Positions 9,169-20,492 of a stretch of DNA of 64,000 bases are shown in pieces. Source of the stretch: Phocaeicola plebeius (GTDB lineage: Bacteria > Bacteroidota > Bacteroidia > Bacteroidales > Bacteroidaceae). A program made the position numbers and the translations under genes. Numbering within the stretch: the stretch's first letter is position 1; each line of letters starts with the position of its first letter. Below the pieces are notes generated by a model that ran no database searches, had not been told where the DNA came from, and saw only the letters and a list, made by a program, of their open reading frames with translations. The stretch is from the NCBI GenBank assembly GCA_022767125.1, contig JALEPZ010000034.1, forward strand, positions 16,840 to 80,839, given 5' to 3'.

Positions 9169-10467
9169 TCAGCGGATTTCAGCGTACAGGTCGAAGTCGT
9201 CGGCATCCACCACCGTGGCCCAATAGAATGTTCCAATGGCCAATCCTTGTCCCTCGTCCTTCACCAGCACCTCCGGGTCCACTTCCGGTGAATCGAACTC
9301 GGTACGTCCCACATAATACTCGCCCTCCTTGCGGTCGATGATGATTTTCAGCGTCTGTCCGATCTTAGCATGACTCAGTTCGGCCGAAATGCCTTGCTGA
9401 ATCTCCATCAGTTCATCCAGACGTTGCTGCTTCACCTCCTGAGGTATGTCGTCCTCGTAGGCTTCAGCCGAATATGTTCCTTCCTCTTCCGAGTAGGCAA
9501 AAGCCCCCATCCGGTCGAACCGGACCTTGCGGACAAAGTCTTTCAGTTCCTCGAACGCCTCTTCCGTCTCTCCGGGATGACCGACCATCAACGTGGTACG
9601 CAAATGAATGCCCGGCACCTCCCGGCGGAATTGGTCGATGAGTGCAAAAGTTTCCTCCTTCGTCACATGACGGCGCATCTTCTCCAATACCGGGTCGCTG
9701 ATATGCTGCAGGGCAATGTCCATGTACTTGCACACATTGTCGTGCTCACGCATTACCCGGAACAAGTCGGTCGGAAAATGGGCCGGATAGGCATAGTGTA
9801 GACGGATCCACTCCACACCGGGAATGGCAGCCATCCGTTCAACCAGTTCGGGCAACATCTGCCGCTGGTAGAGGTCTAGCCCATAATAGGTCAGTTCCTG
9901 TGCAATGACCTGAAACTCTTTCACTCCTTCGGCCACCAGTCCCCGCACTTCATCCAGGATTTCCTCCATCGGGCGAGACACATGCCGTCCGGTAATAATG
10001 GGAATGGCGCAGTAGGAACACTTGCGGTCGCATCCCTCCGAAATCTTCAGGTACGCATAGTGACGGGGGGTCGTCAGATGACGACCGGTGATACCATCCG
10101 CCTCATAGGTCTTCCCAAGGTCTTTCAGCAATTCATTCCAGTTGAACTTGCCATAAAATTTGTCGACCTGCGGAATCTCCACCTGCAGTTCTTTCAGGTA
10201 GCGTTCGGAAAGACAGCCCATCACATAGAGCTTTTTCAGCCGTCCTTCCTCCTTGGCCTGACAGAACTCCAGAATCAGGTTGATGGATTCCTCCTTAGCA
10301 TCGCCAATGAACCCGCAGGTATTGATGACAGCGATTTCCCCTTGCGGATGTTCCGCATCATGAGTCACCTTGTAGCCGTTCTTCTCCAGCTGCTTCATCA
10401 GCTTTTCCGAGTCCACCAGGTTCTTCGAGCAGCCCAACGTTATGATGTCTATGGTATTCTTCTTCAT
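9169..10467 (-). CDS. rimO: Ribosomal protein S12 methylthiotransferase RimO
   Basis: TLGCSKNLVDSE, radical-SAM CDRKCSYC and a TRAM domain. Confidence 0.96.
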   Translation of the reverse strand: MKKNTIDIITLGCSKNLVDSEKLMKQLEKNGYKVTHDAEHPQGEIAVINTCGFIGDAKEESINLILEFCQAKEEGRLKKLYVMGCLSERYLKELQVEIPQVDKFYGKFNWNELLKDLGKTYEADGITGRHLTTPRHYAYLKISEGCDRKCSYCAIPIITGRHVSRPMEEILDEVRGLVAEGVKEFQVIAQELTYYGLDLYQRQMLPELVERMAAIPGVEWIRLHYAYPAHFPTDLFRVMREHDNVCKYMDIALQHISDPVLEKMRRHVTKEETFALIDQFRREVPGIHLRTTLMVGHPGETEEAFEELKDFVRKVRFDRMGAFAYSEEEGTYSAEAYEDDIPQEVKQQRLDELMEIQQGISAELSHAKIGQTLKIIIDRKEGEYYVGRTEFDSPEVDPEVLVKDEGQGLAIGTFYWATVVDADDFDLYAEIR

Positions 10468-11429
10468 TTCTCAGCCGATGAACCAAACAGGGAATCCACA
10501 AACTCGCGGCGGCGGAAGATCTGCAGGTCCTCCATACCTTCGCCCAAACCGATGTATTTCACGGGAATCTTGAACTGGTCTGAAATGCCGATGACCACGC
10601 CTCCCTTGGCTGTACCGTCCAGCTTCGTGATGGCCATGGCATTCACCTCTGTTGCCAGCGTAAATTGCTTGGCCTGTTCAAATGCATTCTGGCCGGTCGA
10701 GCCGTCCAGCACCAGCAACACCTCATGCGGCGCGTCGGGCACCACTTTCTGCATCACCTTCTTGATCTTCGTCAATTCGTTCATCAGTCCCACCTTGTTG
10801 TGCAGACGACCTGCCGTATCGATGATAACCACATCGGCCTGGTTGGCCACGGCCGAACTCAGCGTATCAAATGCCACGGAAGCCGGGTCTGACCCCATCT
10901 TCTGCTTCACCACCGGCACTCCTACCCGTTCGCCCCAGATGAGCAGTTGCTCCACTGCTGCGGCCCGGAACGTATCCGCTGCACCGAGATAGACGGACTT
11001 CCCTGCCTTCTTGAACTGGTAGGCCATCTTTCCGATAGTGGTCGTCTTGCCTACTCCATTGACACCGACTACCATAATGACATAGGGCTTCTTGTCAGAA
11101 GGTACACCGAAATCATCCACATCGGAAGAGTTGTTTTCAGTGAGCAAAGCGGCAATTTCCTCGCGCAGTATATTATTGAGTTCTTGTGTATTAATATACT
11201 TGTCCTTAGCCACTCGGGTCTCAATGCGCTTGATGATTTTCAGCGTAGTCTCCACGCCCACATCCGATGTAATCAGCACCTCTTCCAGATTGTCCAGCAC
11301 CTCATCGTCTACTTTCGACTTGCCGGCCACGGCGCGTGCGATTTTGCCGAACACACTTTCCTTGGTCTTCGACAGGCCCTTATCGAGCGTCTCTTTCTTT
11401 TCCTTCGAGAAAAAACTAAAAAATCCCAT
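10464..11429 (-). CDS. ftsY: SRP receptor FtsY
   Basis: GVNGVGKTTT, DTFRAAA, DTAGR, TKLDGTAKGG. Confidence 0.97.
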   Translation of the reverse strand: MGFFSFFSKEKKETLDKGLSKTKESVFGKIARAVAGKSKVDDEVLDNLEEVLITSDVGVETTLKIIKRIETRVAKDKYINTQELNNILREEIAALLTENNSSDVDDFGVPSDKKPYVIMVVGVNGVGKTTTIGKMAYQFKKAGKSVYLGAADTFRAAAVEQLLIWGERVGVPVVKQKMGSDPASVAFDTLSSAVANQADVVIIDTAGRLHNKVGLMNELTKIKKVMQKVVPDAPHEVLLVLDGSTGQNAFEQAKQFTLATEVNAMAITKLDGTAKGGVVIGISDQFKIPVKYIGLGEGMEDLQIFRRREFVDSLFGSSAEK

Positions 11430-11457
11430 ACTACAATGTTATTATCTGTTTATGACA

Positions 11458-11465
11458 CAAAGATA
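11458..11465 (-). promoter_or_regulatory. -7 promoter box for ftsY-rimO
   Basis: TATCTTTG on the minus strand, just downstream of a terminator and about 30 bp upstream of ftsY. Confidence 0.65.
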
Positions 11466-11486
11466 TAACTAATCTTGAAGACACGC

Positions 11487-11527
11487 AAAAAAAAAGTTCC
11501 TCTCATGAATGCTGAAAGGAACTTTTT
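11487..11527 (-). terminator. Intrinsic terminator of the rpmB-rpmG-DUF4295 operon
   Basis: Stem AAAAGTTCCT...AGGAACTTTT followed by a U-run on the minus strand. Confidence 0.75.
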
Positions 11528-11552
11528 ATGCTTCATATTGCGTATAACGCGA

Positions 11553-11708
11553 TTATTTCTTGAAGAAGTCCTGAACTTTTTCGTTAGGAACCATCTGTTC
11601 ATCGAAGACGTAAGCACCGGTTTTGGGCGACTTTACCATCTTGATAACCTTTGTATAAGAACGTCCTTCTTTACCTGTCTGGAGGGTTGCGACTGTTTTC
11701 TTTGCCAT
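11553..11708 (-). CDS. DUF4295 family small protein (51 aa; absent from the supplied ORF track)
   Basis: Hand translation gives MAKKTVATLQTGKEGRSYTKVIKMVKSPKTGAYVFDEQMVPNEKVQDFFKK; it occupies the conserved position after rpmG. Confidence 0.9.
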   Translation of the reverse strand: MAKKTVATLQTGKEGRSYTKVIKMVKSPKTGAYVFDEQMVPNEKVQDFFKK

Positions 11709-11717
11709 GGTCTACAA

Positions 11718-11906
11718 TTATTTAATTTCTTTGTGAACTGTTACTCTTTTCAAAATCGGATTGTACTTCTTCAGTTCCAATCTTTCGGGGGTATTCTTTC
11801 TGTTCTTCGTCGTAATGTAACGAGAAGTTCCCGGCATACCGCTATCTTTCATTTCCGTGCATTCAAGGATAACCTGAACTCTATTTCCTTTAGCCTTCTT
11901 AGCCAT
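11718..11906 (-). CDS. rpmG: 50S ribosomal protein L33
   Basis: [10 protein letters not shown]...[23 protein letters not shown]. Confidence 0.97.
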   Translation of the reverse strand: MAKKAKGNRVQVILECTEMKDSGMPGTSRYITTKNRKNTPERLELKKYNPILKRVTVHKEIK

Positions 11907-11925
11907 AGTTTTACTCTCCTTTTAA

Positions 11926-12186
11926 TTAACCAATAATTTTGATAGTTTTCCAATCACAATAACCTTTGGCAACAGCTTCATTCAGCGCAGCGTCCAGGCC
12001 CTTCTTGTTGATAATACGCAAGCCGTTAGCACAAATGTTCAGGCTAATCCAGCAATCCTGTTCTACATAGTAGAATTTCTTTGTAAACAAGTTCACATCG
12101 AACGTTCTTTTCGTTCTTCTCTTAGAGTGTGAAACATTGTTGCCAATCATGGCTTTTTTTCCGGTAATTTGACAAATTTTCGACAT
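11926..12186 (-). CDS. rpmB: 50S ribosomal protein L28
   Basis: [27 protein letters not shown]. Confidence 0.97.
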   Translation of the reverse strand: MSKICQITGKKAMIGNNVSHSKRRTKRTFDVNLFTKKFYYVEQDCWISLNICANGLRIINKKGLDAALNEAVAKGYCDWKTIKIIG

Positions 12187-12289
12187 TTCTATCTAGTTTT
12201 TATAGTTTATTCCTTAGTTCTACCAAACGGAGTGCAAAGTAAGTGATTTTATTTGAAATGCACAAACTTTTCACCGACATTTTGCAATT

Positions 12290-12790
12290 TCATTGTTCAT
12301 TTTCGTGATTTTGTACCAATTCCAACAGCATACTCAAGGATTTTTTAGTGGCAGCATGCACATTCAGTTCGCGGCCGTTGTCTTCCTCCAATTTGGCAGT
12401 AATCACTTTTTCCTTACTTCCTGCGGCAATCCAGATAGTTCCTACGGGTTTCTCCGGCGTACCTCCGCCCGGTCCGGCAATGCCAGAAGTAGCAATAGCA
12501 AAACGGGCATGGAAAGCATCAAGGGCTCCATCCACCATTTCACGAACCGTTTCTTCGCTCACCGCCCCGTAGGTGTCCAATGTTTCAGCTTTCACGTGCA
12601 GCAACTCTTGCTTTGCCTCATTGGCATAAGCCACGATGCCGCCTTTATAGAAACGGGAACTACCAGGGATAGCAGTTATATTGGCCGCTACATTGCCTGC
12701 CGTACAGCTCTCTGCAGTAGCCAAGGTAAATCCTTCTTTCCAGAAGATTTCACTTATTTCCTTACTGAGTGTTTTTGTTTCTACAGTCAT
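12290..12790 (-). CDS. cinA: CinA C-terminal family protein (NMN deamidase PncC-like)
   Basis: ATAESCTAG, GAVSEETV, SGIAGPGGG. Confidence 0.9.
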   Translation of the reverse strand: MTVETKTLSKEISEIFWKEGFTLATAESCTAGNVAANITAIPGSSRFYKGGIVAYANEAKQELLHVKAETLDTYGAVSEETVREMVDGALDAFHARFAIATSGIAGPGGGTPEKPVGTIWIAAGSKEKVITAKLEEDNGRELNVHAATKKSLSMLLELVQNHENEQ

Positions 12791-12842
12791 TTTTCTTGTT
12801 ATCGGTTAATTTATAATTGGTATTAGTTGTACATGTTTATAA

Positions 12843-13862
12843 TCATAGGCTCACCCGCGAATAGGCGGGCTGGTCAATGGTGCAGAAATCCTTGTCCTGA
12901 TACTTAAAATGGCCAGTGATGCCAATCATTGCCGCATTGTCCGTGGTGTAGCCGAACTTAGGAATGAAAATGTTCCATCCGTATTTTGCAGCATGCTCAT
13001 GGAAGGCATTGCGCAAGCCGGTATTGGCCGAAACACCGCCTGCTACAGCCACTTCGCGGATGCCTGTCGCCTTCACCGCCTTCCGGAGCTTGTCCATCAG
13101 GATGTCTACCACCGTCTTTTCAAGCGAGGCGGCCAAGTCTTCCTGATGGTGGGCCACAAAGTCGGGATCGTCCTTCAACCAGTCGCGCAGCGAATAGAGG
13201 AACGAAGTCTTCAGCCCGCTGAAGCTGTAATCCAGGCCAGGAGTATGCGGCTTGCTGAACGTATAGGCCAGAGGGTTACCCTGACGCGCCAAGCGGTCGA
13301 TGACAGGCCCGCCGGGATAGCCCAGCCCCATCACTTTAGAACATTTGTCGATGGCCTCACCGGCGGCATCGTCGATGGTCTGCCCCAACACTTCCATCCG
13401 GTTGTAGGCATTTACACGGATTATCTGCGAATTGCCTCCCGACACCAGCAGACAAAGGAACGGGAAGCGGGGCTGACGGTTATCGTCTTCCGACTCCTTG
13501 ATAAAATGGGCCAATACGTGTCCCTGCAGATGGTTGACATCAATCATCGGAATGCCCAACGCACGGGCAAAGCCTTTTGCGAACGATACGCCGACCAGCA
13601 GCGACCCCATCAGGCCCGGACCACGGGTAAAGGCCACCGCACTGAGCTGTTCCTTGCATACACCAGCCCGCTTCAGGGCCTCATGGACAACCGGAACGAT
13701 GTTCTGCTGGTGGGCACGCGATGCCAGTTCGGGCACCACGCCTCCATACGCTTCGTGTACCGCCTGACTGGCGATAACGCTCGACAACAGTACACCATTC
13801 TTCAGCACAGCTGCCGAAGTATCATCACACGACGACTCAATTCCTAGAATAATCGTATCCAT
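12843..13862 (-). CDS. tsaD: tRNA N6-threonylcarbamoyltransferase TsaD
   Basis: GIESSCDDT, GGVVPELASRAH, NHLQGH, DDAAGEA. Confidence 0.97.
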   Translation of the reverse strand: MDTIILGIESSCDDTSAAVLKNGVLLSSVIASQAVHEAYGGVVPELASRAHQQNIVPVVHEALKRAGVCKEQLSAVAFTRGPGLMGSLLVGVSFAKGFARALGIPMIDVNHLQGHVLAHFIKESEDDNRQPRFPFLCLLVSGGNSQIIRVNAYNRMEVLGQTIDDAAGEAIDKCSKVMGLGYPGGPVIDRLARQGNPLAYTFSKPHTPGLDYSFSGLKTSFLYSLRDWLKDDPDFVAHHQEDLAASLEKTVVDILMDKLRKAVKATGIREVAVAGGVSANTGLRNAFHEHAAKYGWNIFIPKFGYTTDNAAMIGITGHFKYQDKDFCTIDQPAYSRVSL

Positions 13863-13886
13863 TCCTTACCTTATTATATATAGTGC

Positions 13887-14741
13887 CTAATAAGTCAATA
13901 TTTCCAGCCCGTTTTCTGTCATCACGAAGGTGTGTTCCCACTGGGCCGAAGGCAATTCATCTTCTGTCACTACGGTCCATCCGTCCTCCTCGTCAATGAA
14001 GACCTCCCAAGTTCCCATATTAATCATCGGCTCTATGGTAAACACCATACCCGGCACCAGCAGCATCCCGGTACCTTTTTTACCATAGTGCACCACGTCG
14101 GGCTCCTCGTGAAATTTCACTCCCACCCCGTGACCGCACAGGTCGCGCACCACTGAAAAGCCGTTCTTCTTGGCATGCTTCTCGATGGCATTGCCGATAT
14201 CGCCCACAAAGCTGAACGGACGGGCGGCCTGCATACCGATTTCCAAACATTCCTTAGCCACATCCACGAGTTTCTGTTTCTGGGGAGTCGTCTTCCCGAT
14301 GACGAACATCCGCGAAGCATCAGCATAGTAGCCGTCAAGAATGGTCGTACAGTCCACGTTCACAATGTCACCCTCTTCCAGAATTTCGTCCTCACTCGGG
14401 ATACCGTGGCAGACCACTTCGTTGATGGAAGTGCATACGCTCTTCGGGAAGCCCTCATAGCCCAGACAGGCTGGAATGCCCCCATGAGCTACCGTATAGT
14501 CGTAGACCAGCCGGTCGATTTCTGCCGTACTCATGCCGGCATGAATCTGTTCGGCCACCCGATCCAGCACGGCCGTATTCAGTAACCCGCTCCTGCGGAT
14601 GCCTTCTATCTGTTCCGGAGTCTTGATCAGATCACGGGTAGGCACCAAGTGCCCCTTGTTCTGATAATACAGCACCTGCTTGTCCAGTTCGGTCAGTTCG
14701 GCACCTTTCGGAATCCTCCAGTTGTTTTTCTTTCTCATCAT
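13887..14741 (-). CDS. map: Type I methionine aminopeptidase (paralog with N-terminal extension)
   Basis: CTSINEVVCHGIP, GHGVG, FTIEPM, SAQWEHT. Confidence 0.95.
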   Translation of the reverse strand: MMRKKNNWRIPKGAELTELDKQVLYYQNKGHLVPTRDLIKTPEQIEGIRRSGLLNTAVLDRVAEQIHAGMSTAEIDRLVYDYTVAHGGIPACLGYEGFPKSVCTSINEVVCHGIPSEDEILEEGDIVNVDCTTILDGYYADASRMFVIGKTTPQKQKLVDVAKECLEIGMQAARPFSFVGDIGNAIEKHAKKNGFSVVRDLCGHGVGVKFHEEPDVVHYGKKGTGMLLVPGMVFTIEPMINMGTWEVFIDEEDGWTVVTEDELPSAQWEHTFVMTENGLEILTY

Positions 14742-14766
14742 AACCTTCCTTTCAATAAAAGTCGTG

Positions 14767-14774
14767 CAAAGTTA
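14767..14774 (-). promoter_or_regulatory. -7 promoter box for map-tsaD
   Basis: TAACTTTG on the minus strand, about 25 bp upstream of map. Confidence 0.6.
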
Positions 14775-14925
14775 GCAGAAAAATCAGAAACCCACTGCAT
14801 ATTCCACAAAAAACTGAAATGAAAAGCCCAAGAATCCCTCCTGCCATCAGCACTCCCTTACTAACAAATTATTTGTTATTCTTGATTTTTTATGGTAAAT
14901 AGTTGGAATTCTCAATTCAATTCCA

Positions 14926-14933
14926 TATATTTG
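14926..14933 (+). promoter_or_regulatory. -7 promoter box for the DUF2582 gene
   Basis: TATATTTG with TTG about 20 bp upstream. Confidence 0.6.
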
Positions 14934-14987
14934 CTTCAGCAATAAGCAAAAAACTAAAACGTACAATTTAACTAAAGGAGGAATAGT

Positions 14988-15206
14988 ATGGACAAACATC
15001 AAATTGGCACAAACGCCGGCATCGTGTGGAACGTGTTAAAAGACAATTCGCATTGGGAATATCATGATCTGAAAAATGCTACAGGACTTTCTGACAGGGA
15101 TTTGAACGCCGCCATCGGTTGGCTGGCGCGTGAAAACAAAGTAGATTTCGATCTCGACCATTGTCAAGACCGCTTATTCTTAAGCGTGAACGTGTACATC
15201 GGATAA
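14988..15206 (+). CDS. Winged-helix protein (DUF2582-like)
   Basis: IGTNAGIVW...AAIGWLARENK family signature. Confidence 0.85.
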   Translation: MDKHQIGTNAGIVWNVLKDNSHWEYHDLKNATGLSDRDLNAAIGWLARENKVDFDLDHCQDRLFLSVNVYIG

Positions 15207-15216
15207 AATGAATAAG

Positions 15217-15268
15217 AAAAAAAAAAGGACAATGAATCAACCTTATGTCGGTCCATTGTCCTTTTTTT
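15217..15268. terminator. Bidirectional intrinsic terminator
   Basis: A-run, GGACAATG...CATTGTCC stem, then T-run, between convergent genes. Confidence 0.8.
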
Positions 15269-15278
15269 ATTGAAAGCA

Positions 15279-15662
15279 TTATCGCTGCGCAAGGTCGATG
15301 CCCTTGTTGTTCAACGTAGTTTGCATCAGCCGAAGATAACTTTTATATTGCTTCTCATCCAGCGTCCGCTTCATCAGTTTCAGATTGCCGTACACTGCTT
15401 TGCGCATCCGCTCTGTCTTCCGGCTCTGAGACCGCGTGGCACCCTCCATCTGCTCCTCAAAATAGTCACAGATATCACTCACCTCTTTTCTCTGTCCGCT
15501 CGTAAGCTGCAGGTACTTAGATAGTTGCGATCGGTTAACGAGAGTAATACAATCCTGTTTACGCTCTTTTACTTGGGGCTCTTTAGCCATTACCGATGCT
15601 GCAAATCCTATAGCAAGCATTGCCATCATACCTATTCGTTTCATACTTTTTCCTTTCTTCAT
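15279..15662 (-). CDS. Secreted hypothetical protein (LTxxQ, Spy/CpxP-like motif)
   Basis: Signal peptide, LQLTSGQ motif and helical character; own TACCTTTG box at 15733-15740. Confidence 0.7.
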   Translation of the reverse strand: MKKGKSMKRIGMMAMLAIGFAASVMAKEPQVKERKQDCITLVNRSQLSKYLQLTSGQRKEVSDICDYFEEQMEGATRSQSRKTERMRKAVYGNLKLMKRTLDEKQYKSYLRLMQTTLNNKGIDLAQR

Positions 15663-16038
15663 TTTTTTGTTACCTGAAAATAATGTTGTCTAATCTCTAC
15701 TATCCGGATAGCTTTCTTTCTTTTTACCGATGCAAAGGTAAGTGACTTGTTTCACCCGACAAAACAAAAGAAGGAGAAAAACCATCATAAATGCCATTTA
15801 TTGACCCATATCAATAAATTGGCGACATTATGCCGAAAAACAGGAAGAATATGTAACAAAATAGTAATCCGTATGACAATCTACCATCAACTGTGCACGC
15901 CATCGCCGTCCCGCCATTGCTTTCCCAGTAAGGAATCACATTGCAAAAGATCATTTTCCATATTTCAACGGGAATAGTTGCATATTTGCATAAAACATCC
16001 TTACTTTGCGGACTCAACCATCAAAAAAACAACGACTT

Positions 16039-17124
16039 ATGAAAAAGAAAGCGTTAATCACCGGTATCACCGGGCAAGACGGCTCCTATCTGGCCGAGTT
16101 CCTCATTGACAAAGGATATGAAGTTCATGGCATCTTGCGCCGTTCTTCTTCGTTCAACACCGGACGTATCGAGCACCTTTATCTCGACGAGTGGGTACGC
16201 GACATGAAAAAAGAACGGCTCGTCAACCTTCATTGGGGCGATATGACCGACTCCAGCTCCCTCATCCGCATCATTGGCGAAGTGAAACCCGACGAAATCT
16301 ACAACCTGGCTGCCCAAAGCCACGTGAAAGTGTCATTCGATGTTCCTGAATATACAGCCGATGCCGATGCCATGGGCACCCTGCGCCTGCTGGAGGCCGT
16401 ACGCATCTGCGGGCTCGACAAAACCTGCCATATCTACCAGGCTTCCACCTCCGAATTATTCGGAAAGGTTCAGGAAGTTCCCCAGAAGGAAACCACTCCT
16501 TTCTATCCTCGCTCGCCGTACGGGGTTGCCAAACAATACGGCTTCTGGATCACCAAGAACTACCGAGAGAGTTACGGCATGTTTGCCGTCAACGGCATTC
16601 TGTTCAACCACGAGAGTGAACGCCGCGGTGAAAACTTTGTGACCCGCAAGATTACGCTGGCCGCTGCACGCATTGAGCAGGGTTACCAGGACAAGCTGTA
16701 CCTGGGCAATCTGGATGCCCGCCGCGACTGGGGCTATGCTAAGGATTATGTAGAATGTATGTGGCTGATTCTCCAGCACGAGACTCCAGAAGACTTTGTC
16801 ATCGCCACCGGCGAAATGCACACCGTACGCGAATTCTGCACGTTGGCGTTCCACTACCTCGGCATCGAACTGCTCTGGGAAGGAGAAGGTGTCAACGAGA
16901 AAGGCATTGATACGGCTACAGGCCGTGTACTCGTAGAAGTCGACCCGAAGTATTTCCGTCCCTGTGAAGTGGAGCAGCTGTTGGGCGACCCTACCAAGGC
17001 CAAGAACTTGCTGGGCTGGAACCCGTGCAAGACCCCTTTCCACGAACTGGTGCGCATCATGGTAGAACACGACCGCAAGTTCGTGCGCAAAATTTATCTT
17101 AAAACACAGATTGATCATGAATAA
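16039..17124 (+). CDS. gmd: GDP-mannose 4,6-dehydratase
   Basis: [34 protein letters not shown] at 16039. Confidence 0.97.
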   Translation: MKKKALITGITGQDGSYLAEFLIDKGYEVHGILRRSSSFNTGRIEHLYLDEWVRDMKKERLVNLHWGDMTDSSSLIRIIGEVKPDEIYNLAAQSHVKVSFDVPEYTADADAMGTLRLLEAVRICGLDKTCHIYQASTSELFGKVQEVPQKETTPFYPRSPYGVAKQYGFWITKNYRESYGMFAVNGILFNHESERRGENFVTRKITLAAARIEQGYQDKLYLGNLDARRDWGYAKDYVECMWLILQHETPEDFVIATGEMHTVREFCTLAFHYLGIELLWEGEGVNEKGIDTATGRVLVEVDPKYFRPCEVEQLLGDPTKAKNLLGWNPCKTPFHELVRIMVEHDRKFVRKIYLKTQIDHE

Positions 17125-18208
17125 GCCACTCGAAAAGGATACAAAAATCTATGTGGCTGGCCATCGTGGACTCGTGGGCTCCGCCATATGGAACAATCTT
17201 CAGCAACGGGGATATACCCGTCTGGTGGGCCGTACCCACAGCGAACTGGACTTGCTCGACCCGGTAGCGGTCCGCCGCTTCTTCGACGAGGAGCAACCAC
17301 AGGCTGTCGTACTGGCTGCCGCTCATGTAGGAGGCATCCTGGCTAACCTGCGCTACCGTGCCGACTTCATTTACGAAAACCTGCAGATCCAGCAGAATGT
17401 CATCGGCGAAAGTTTCCGGCACGGAGTACAGAAACTGCTGTTCTTAGGTAGCACCTGTATTTATCCGCGCGAAGCACCACAGCCCATGAAGGAGGAAACC
17501 CTTCTCACCTCTCCGCTCGAATATACCAATGAGCCGTATGCCATCGCCAAGATAGCCGGACTGAAGATGTGCGAGAGTTTCAACCTGCAGTACGGCACCA
17601 ACTACATCGCCGTTATGCCGACCAACCTTTACGGGCCGAACGATAATTTCCATTTGGAGAACAGCCATGTGCTACCGGCTATGATCCGGAAAATCCACCT
17701 GGCCCATTGCCTGCAGACGGGCAACTGGGAGGCAGTGCGCAAGGACCTCAACCTGCGTCCGGCCGAAGGAGTAAACGGTCATTGCTCAGAAACGGAGATA
17801 CGGGAGAAACTGGCCCGTTTCGGCATTACTGCCGAGGCGGTGACGCTTTGGGGGACTGGCCGCCCGCTCCGAGAATTCCTATGGAGCGAGGAGATGGCAG
17901 ATGCCAGTGTTCATGTCCTGCTCAACGTGGACTTTCACGACACCTACACAGAAGGAGCGACCGACATCCGCAACTGCCACATCAATGTGGGTACGGGCAA
18001 AGAACTGTCTATCCGTGAAGTGGCCGAAAAAATCAGGCAGGAAATCGGTTACCAAGGCGAACTGCGTTGGGATGCTTCCAAACCCGATGGTACACTGCGC
18101 AAGCTAACCGATGTCAGCAAGCTCCACCGGTTGGGCTGGCATCATCAGGTAGAAATCGACGAAGGCATCCACCGGCTGTACCGCTGGTATCTGGAACACG
18201 AGAAATAA
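17117..18208 (+). CDS. fcl: GDP-L-fucose synthase
   Basis: [36 protein letters not shown]. Confidence 0.96.
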   Translation: MNKPLEKDTKIYVAGHRGLVGSAIWNNLQQRGYTRLVGRTHSELDLLDPVAVRRFFDEEQPQAVVLAAAHVGGILANLRYRADFIYENLQIQQNVIGESFRHGVQKLLFLGSTCIYPREAPQPMKEETLLTSPLEYTNEPYAIAKIAGLKMCESFNLQYGTNYIAVMPTNLYGPNDNFHLENSHVLPAMIRKIHLAHCLQTGNWEAVRKDLNLRPAEGVNGHCSETEIREKLARFGITAEAVTLWGTGRPLREFLWSEEMADASVHVLLNVDFHDTYTEGATDIRNCHINVGTGKELSIREVAEKIRQEIGYQGELRWDASKPDGTLRKLTDVSKLHRLGWHHQVEIDEGIHRLYRWYLEHEK

Positions 18209-18214
18209 GGAGAG

Positions 18215-18604
18215 TCAATGGAAAGTGACATACTTGTTGGTCAAGTAGTTCACTGCTCCATAGACAAACAGGCCGAAAAACTGTGCCAGGTACTCGTTCA
18301 TGCCGAAAAACTCGACCGCAGACAACAGGAACAAGAACTGAAGGCTATACGCCAGTACAAAAGCAACAGAAAAGAGCAGCACCTGCCGCCAGATGCTGCT
18401 CTTTCTATAGGAACCCTCCAATGGGAAAATCCAATATTTACTCCACACGAAGTTATGTGTCTGCGCTACGGCATAGGCCGTCACGTTAGCCAGCAGGTAA
18501 TCCGTACCTGCTCCTTTCATCATTCCTCCGATTACCATCGCCGTTATCAAGGCATTCATCGTACCGATGAAACAGAAACGGACAATGCGGACAGATTCTC
18601 TCAT
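18215..18604 (-). CDS. GtrA family membrane protein
   Basis: VRFCFIG, four TM segments, NFVWSKYWIF. Confidence 0.85.
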   Translation of the reverse strand: MRESVRIVRFCFIGTMNALITAMVIGGMMKGAGTDYLLANVTAYAVAQTHNFVWSKYWIFPLEGSYRKSSIWRQVLLFSVAFVLAYSLQFLFLLSAVEFFGMNEYLAQFFGLFVYGAVNYLTNKYVTFH

Positions 18605-18617
18605 CGGGGAAGATGAA

Positions 18618-20381
18618 TTATTCTTTCGATTTCAGATCAACCACCAGATTCAGTTCATCCAACTGCTTCTGGTCCAGACAGCCCGGTGCATCCAGCATCA
18701 CGTCACGACCCGAATTGTTCTTCGGGAAGGCTATGCAGTCGCGGATGGAATCCAAGCCGGCAAACAGAGAAACCCAACGGTCAAGGCCATAAGCAAGACC
18801 GCCATGAGGGGGCGCACCGAACTTGAAGGCGTTCATCAAGAAACCGAACTGTTCCTGTGCCTTTTCCGGCGTAAAGCCCAGAATCTCGAACATCTTGGCC
18901 TGCAGCTGTGAGTCATGGATACGGATGGAACCGCCACCCACTTCTACACCGTTCACGACCATGTCATAGGCATCGGCACGTACGGCTGCCGGATCGGTAT
19001 CCAGCAAAGGAATGTCCTCGTCCTTAGGATGAGTGAACGGATGGTGCATAGCCATCAGCCGGCCTTCCTCTTCGCTCCACTCGAACATCGGGAAGTCCAC
19101 CACCCACAGACAGGCAAACCGGTTCTTATCGCGCAAGCCCAGCTGGTTCCCCATTTCCAAGCGCAGTTCGCAAAGCTGCTTGCGTGTCTTCATCACATCG
19201 TCACCGCTCAGAATCAGAATCAGGTCGCCCGGCTGAGCACCGAACGCCGCCTTCATCTGCTGTAGAACTTCCTGACTGTAGAATTTGTCCACACTCGACT
19301 TCACCGTACCATCGGCCTCGATGCGGGCATACACCATGCCCTTCGCACCAATCTGCGGACGCTTCACGAAATCCGTCAGGTGATCCAGCTGCTTACGGGT
19401 ATAGTGAGCAGCCCCCTGGGCACAGATACCGCCGATGTAGGCCGCATTGTCGAATACGGAGAATCCATAGCCTTTCAACACGTCCATCAGCTCGACGAAC
19501 TTCATGCCGAAACGCAGGTCAGGCTTGTCACTGCCATAGTACTTCATGGCATCGGCCCACGGCATCCGCAGGAACGGTTCGGTCAGTTCCACGCCGCGCA
19601 GTTCTTTGAACAGGTGCTTGGCCATCCCCTCGAACATGGCAATGATGTCTTCCTGCTCCACAAAACTCATTTCGCAGTCAATCTGCGTAAACTCCGGCTG
19701 GCGGTCGGCACGCAGATCTTCGTCGCGGAAGCACTTCACAATTTGGAAATAGCGGTCGAATCCTGACACCATCAGCAACTGCTTCAACGTCTGGGGCGAC
19801 TGCGGAAGAGCATAGAACTGTCCCGGATTCATGCGCGAAGGTACCACAAAGTCGCGGGCACCTTCAGGAGTCGAACCAATGAGCATCGGTGTCTCCACTT
19901 CCAAAAATCCCTTGCTGTCCAAGTAACGGCGCACCTCCATGGTCATGCGGTGACGCAGCTCCAAGTTCTTCCTTACCGCCGTGCGGCGCAGGTCCAAATA
20001 ACGGTATTTCATGCGCAGGTCGTCTCCACCATCGGTATTGTCTTCGATGGTAAACGGAGGTGTCTGTGCCGTATTCAGGATATTCAGTTCCGAAACGATG
20101 ATTTCAATATCTCCCGTAGGCAGGTTGGCGTTCTTGCTCGAACGTTCGTTGACGGTTCCCTTCACCTGCACCACGAATTCGCGGCCCAAATGGTTGGCAC
20201 GTTCACACAGGTCGGCATTGACCTCGGTATTAAACACCAGCTGGGTGATACCGTAACGATCGCGGAGGTCTACAAAGGTCATGCCTCCCATCTTGCGCGA
20301 ACGCTGCACCCATCCGGCCAGCGTCACGCCTTTGCCTGCATCGGCAAGCCTCAGCTCGCCGCAAGTATGACTTCTGAACAT
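18618..20381 (-). CDS. aspS: Aspartate--tRNA ligase
   Basis: [46 protein letters not shown] promoter box at 20414-20421. Confidence 0.98.
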   Translation of the reverse strand: MFRSHTCGELRLADAGKGVTLAGWVQRSRKMGGMTFVDLRDRYGITQLVFNTEVNADLCERANHLGREFVVQVKGTVNERSSKNANLPTGDIEIIVSELNILNTAQTPPFTIEDNTDGGDDLRMKYRYLDLRRTAVRKNLELRHRMTMEVRRYLDSKGFLEVETPMLIGSTPEGARDFVVPSRMNPGQFYALPQSPQTLKQLLMVSGFDRYFQIVKCFRDEDLRADRQPEFTQIDCEMSFVEQEDIIAMFEGMAKHLFKELRGVELTEPFLRMPWADAMKYYGSDKPDLRFGMKFVELMDVLKGYGFSVFDNAAYIGGICAQGAAHYTRKQLDHLTDFVKRPQIGAKGMVYARIEADGTVKSSVDKFYSQEVLQQMKAAFGAQPGDLILILSGDDVMKTRKQLCELRLEMGNQLGLRDKNRFACLWVVDFPMFEWSEEEGRLMAMHHPFTHPKDEDIPLLDTDPAAVRADAYDMVVNGVEVGGGSIRIHDSQLQAKMFEILGFTPEKAQEQFGFLMNAFKFGAPPHGGLAYGLDRWVSLFAGLDSIRDCIAFPKNNSGRDVMLDAPGCLDQKQLDELNLVVDLKSKE

Positions 20382-20492
20382 ATTTTTATGAGAATGTTTG
20401 TTTTAAATCACGGCAAAGGTAGCATCTATTTTTCATTTATGCAAGAAAAAAAGCGGCTCTGCTCCACATAATCGGGGGCGTCGTATAGAAAG

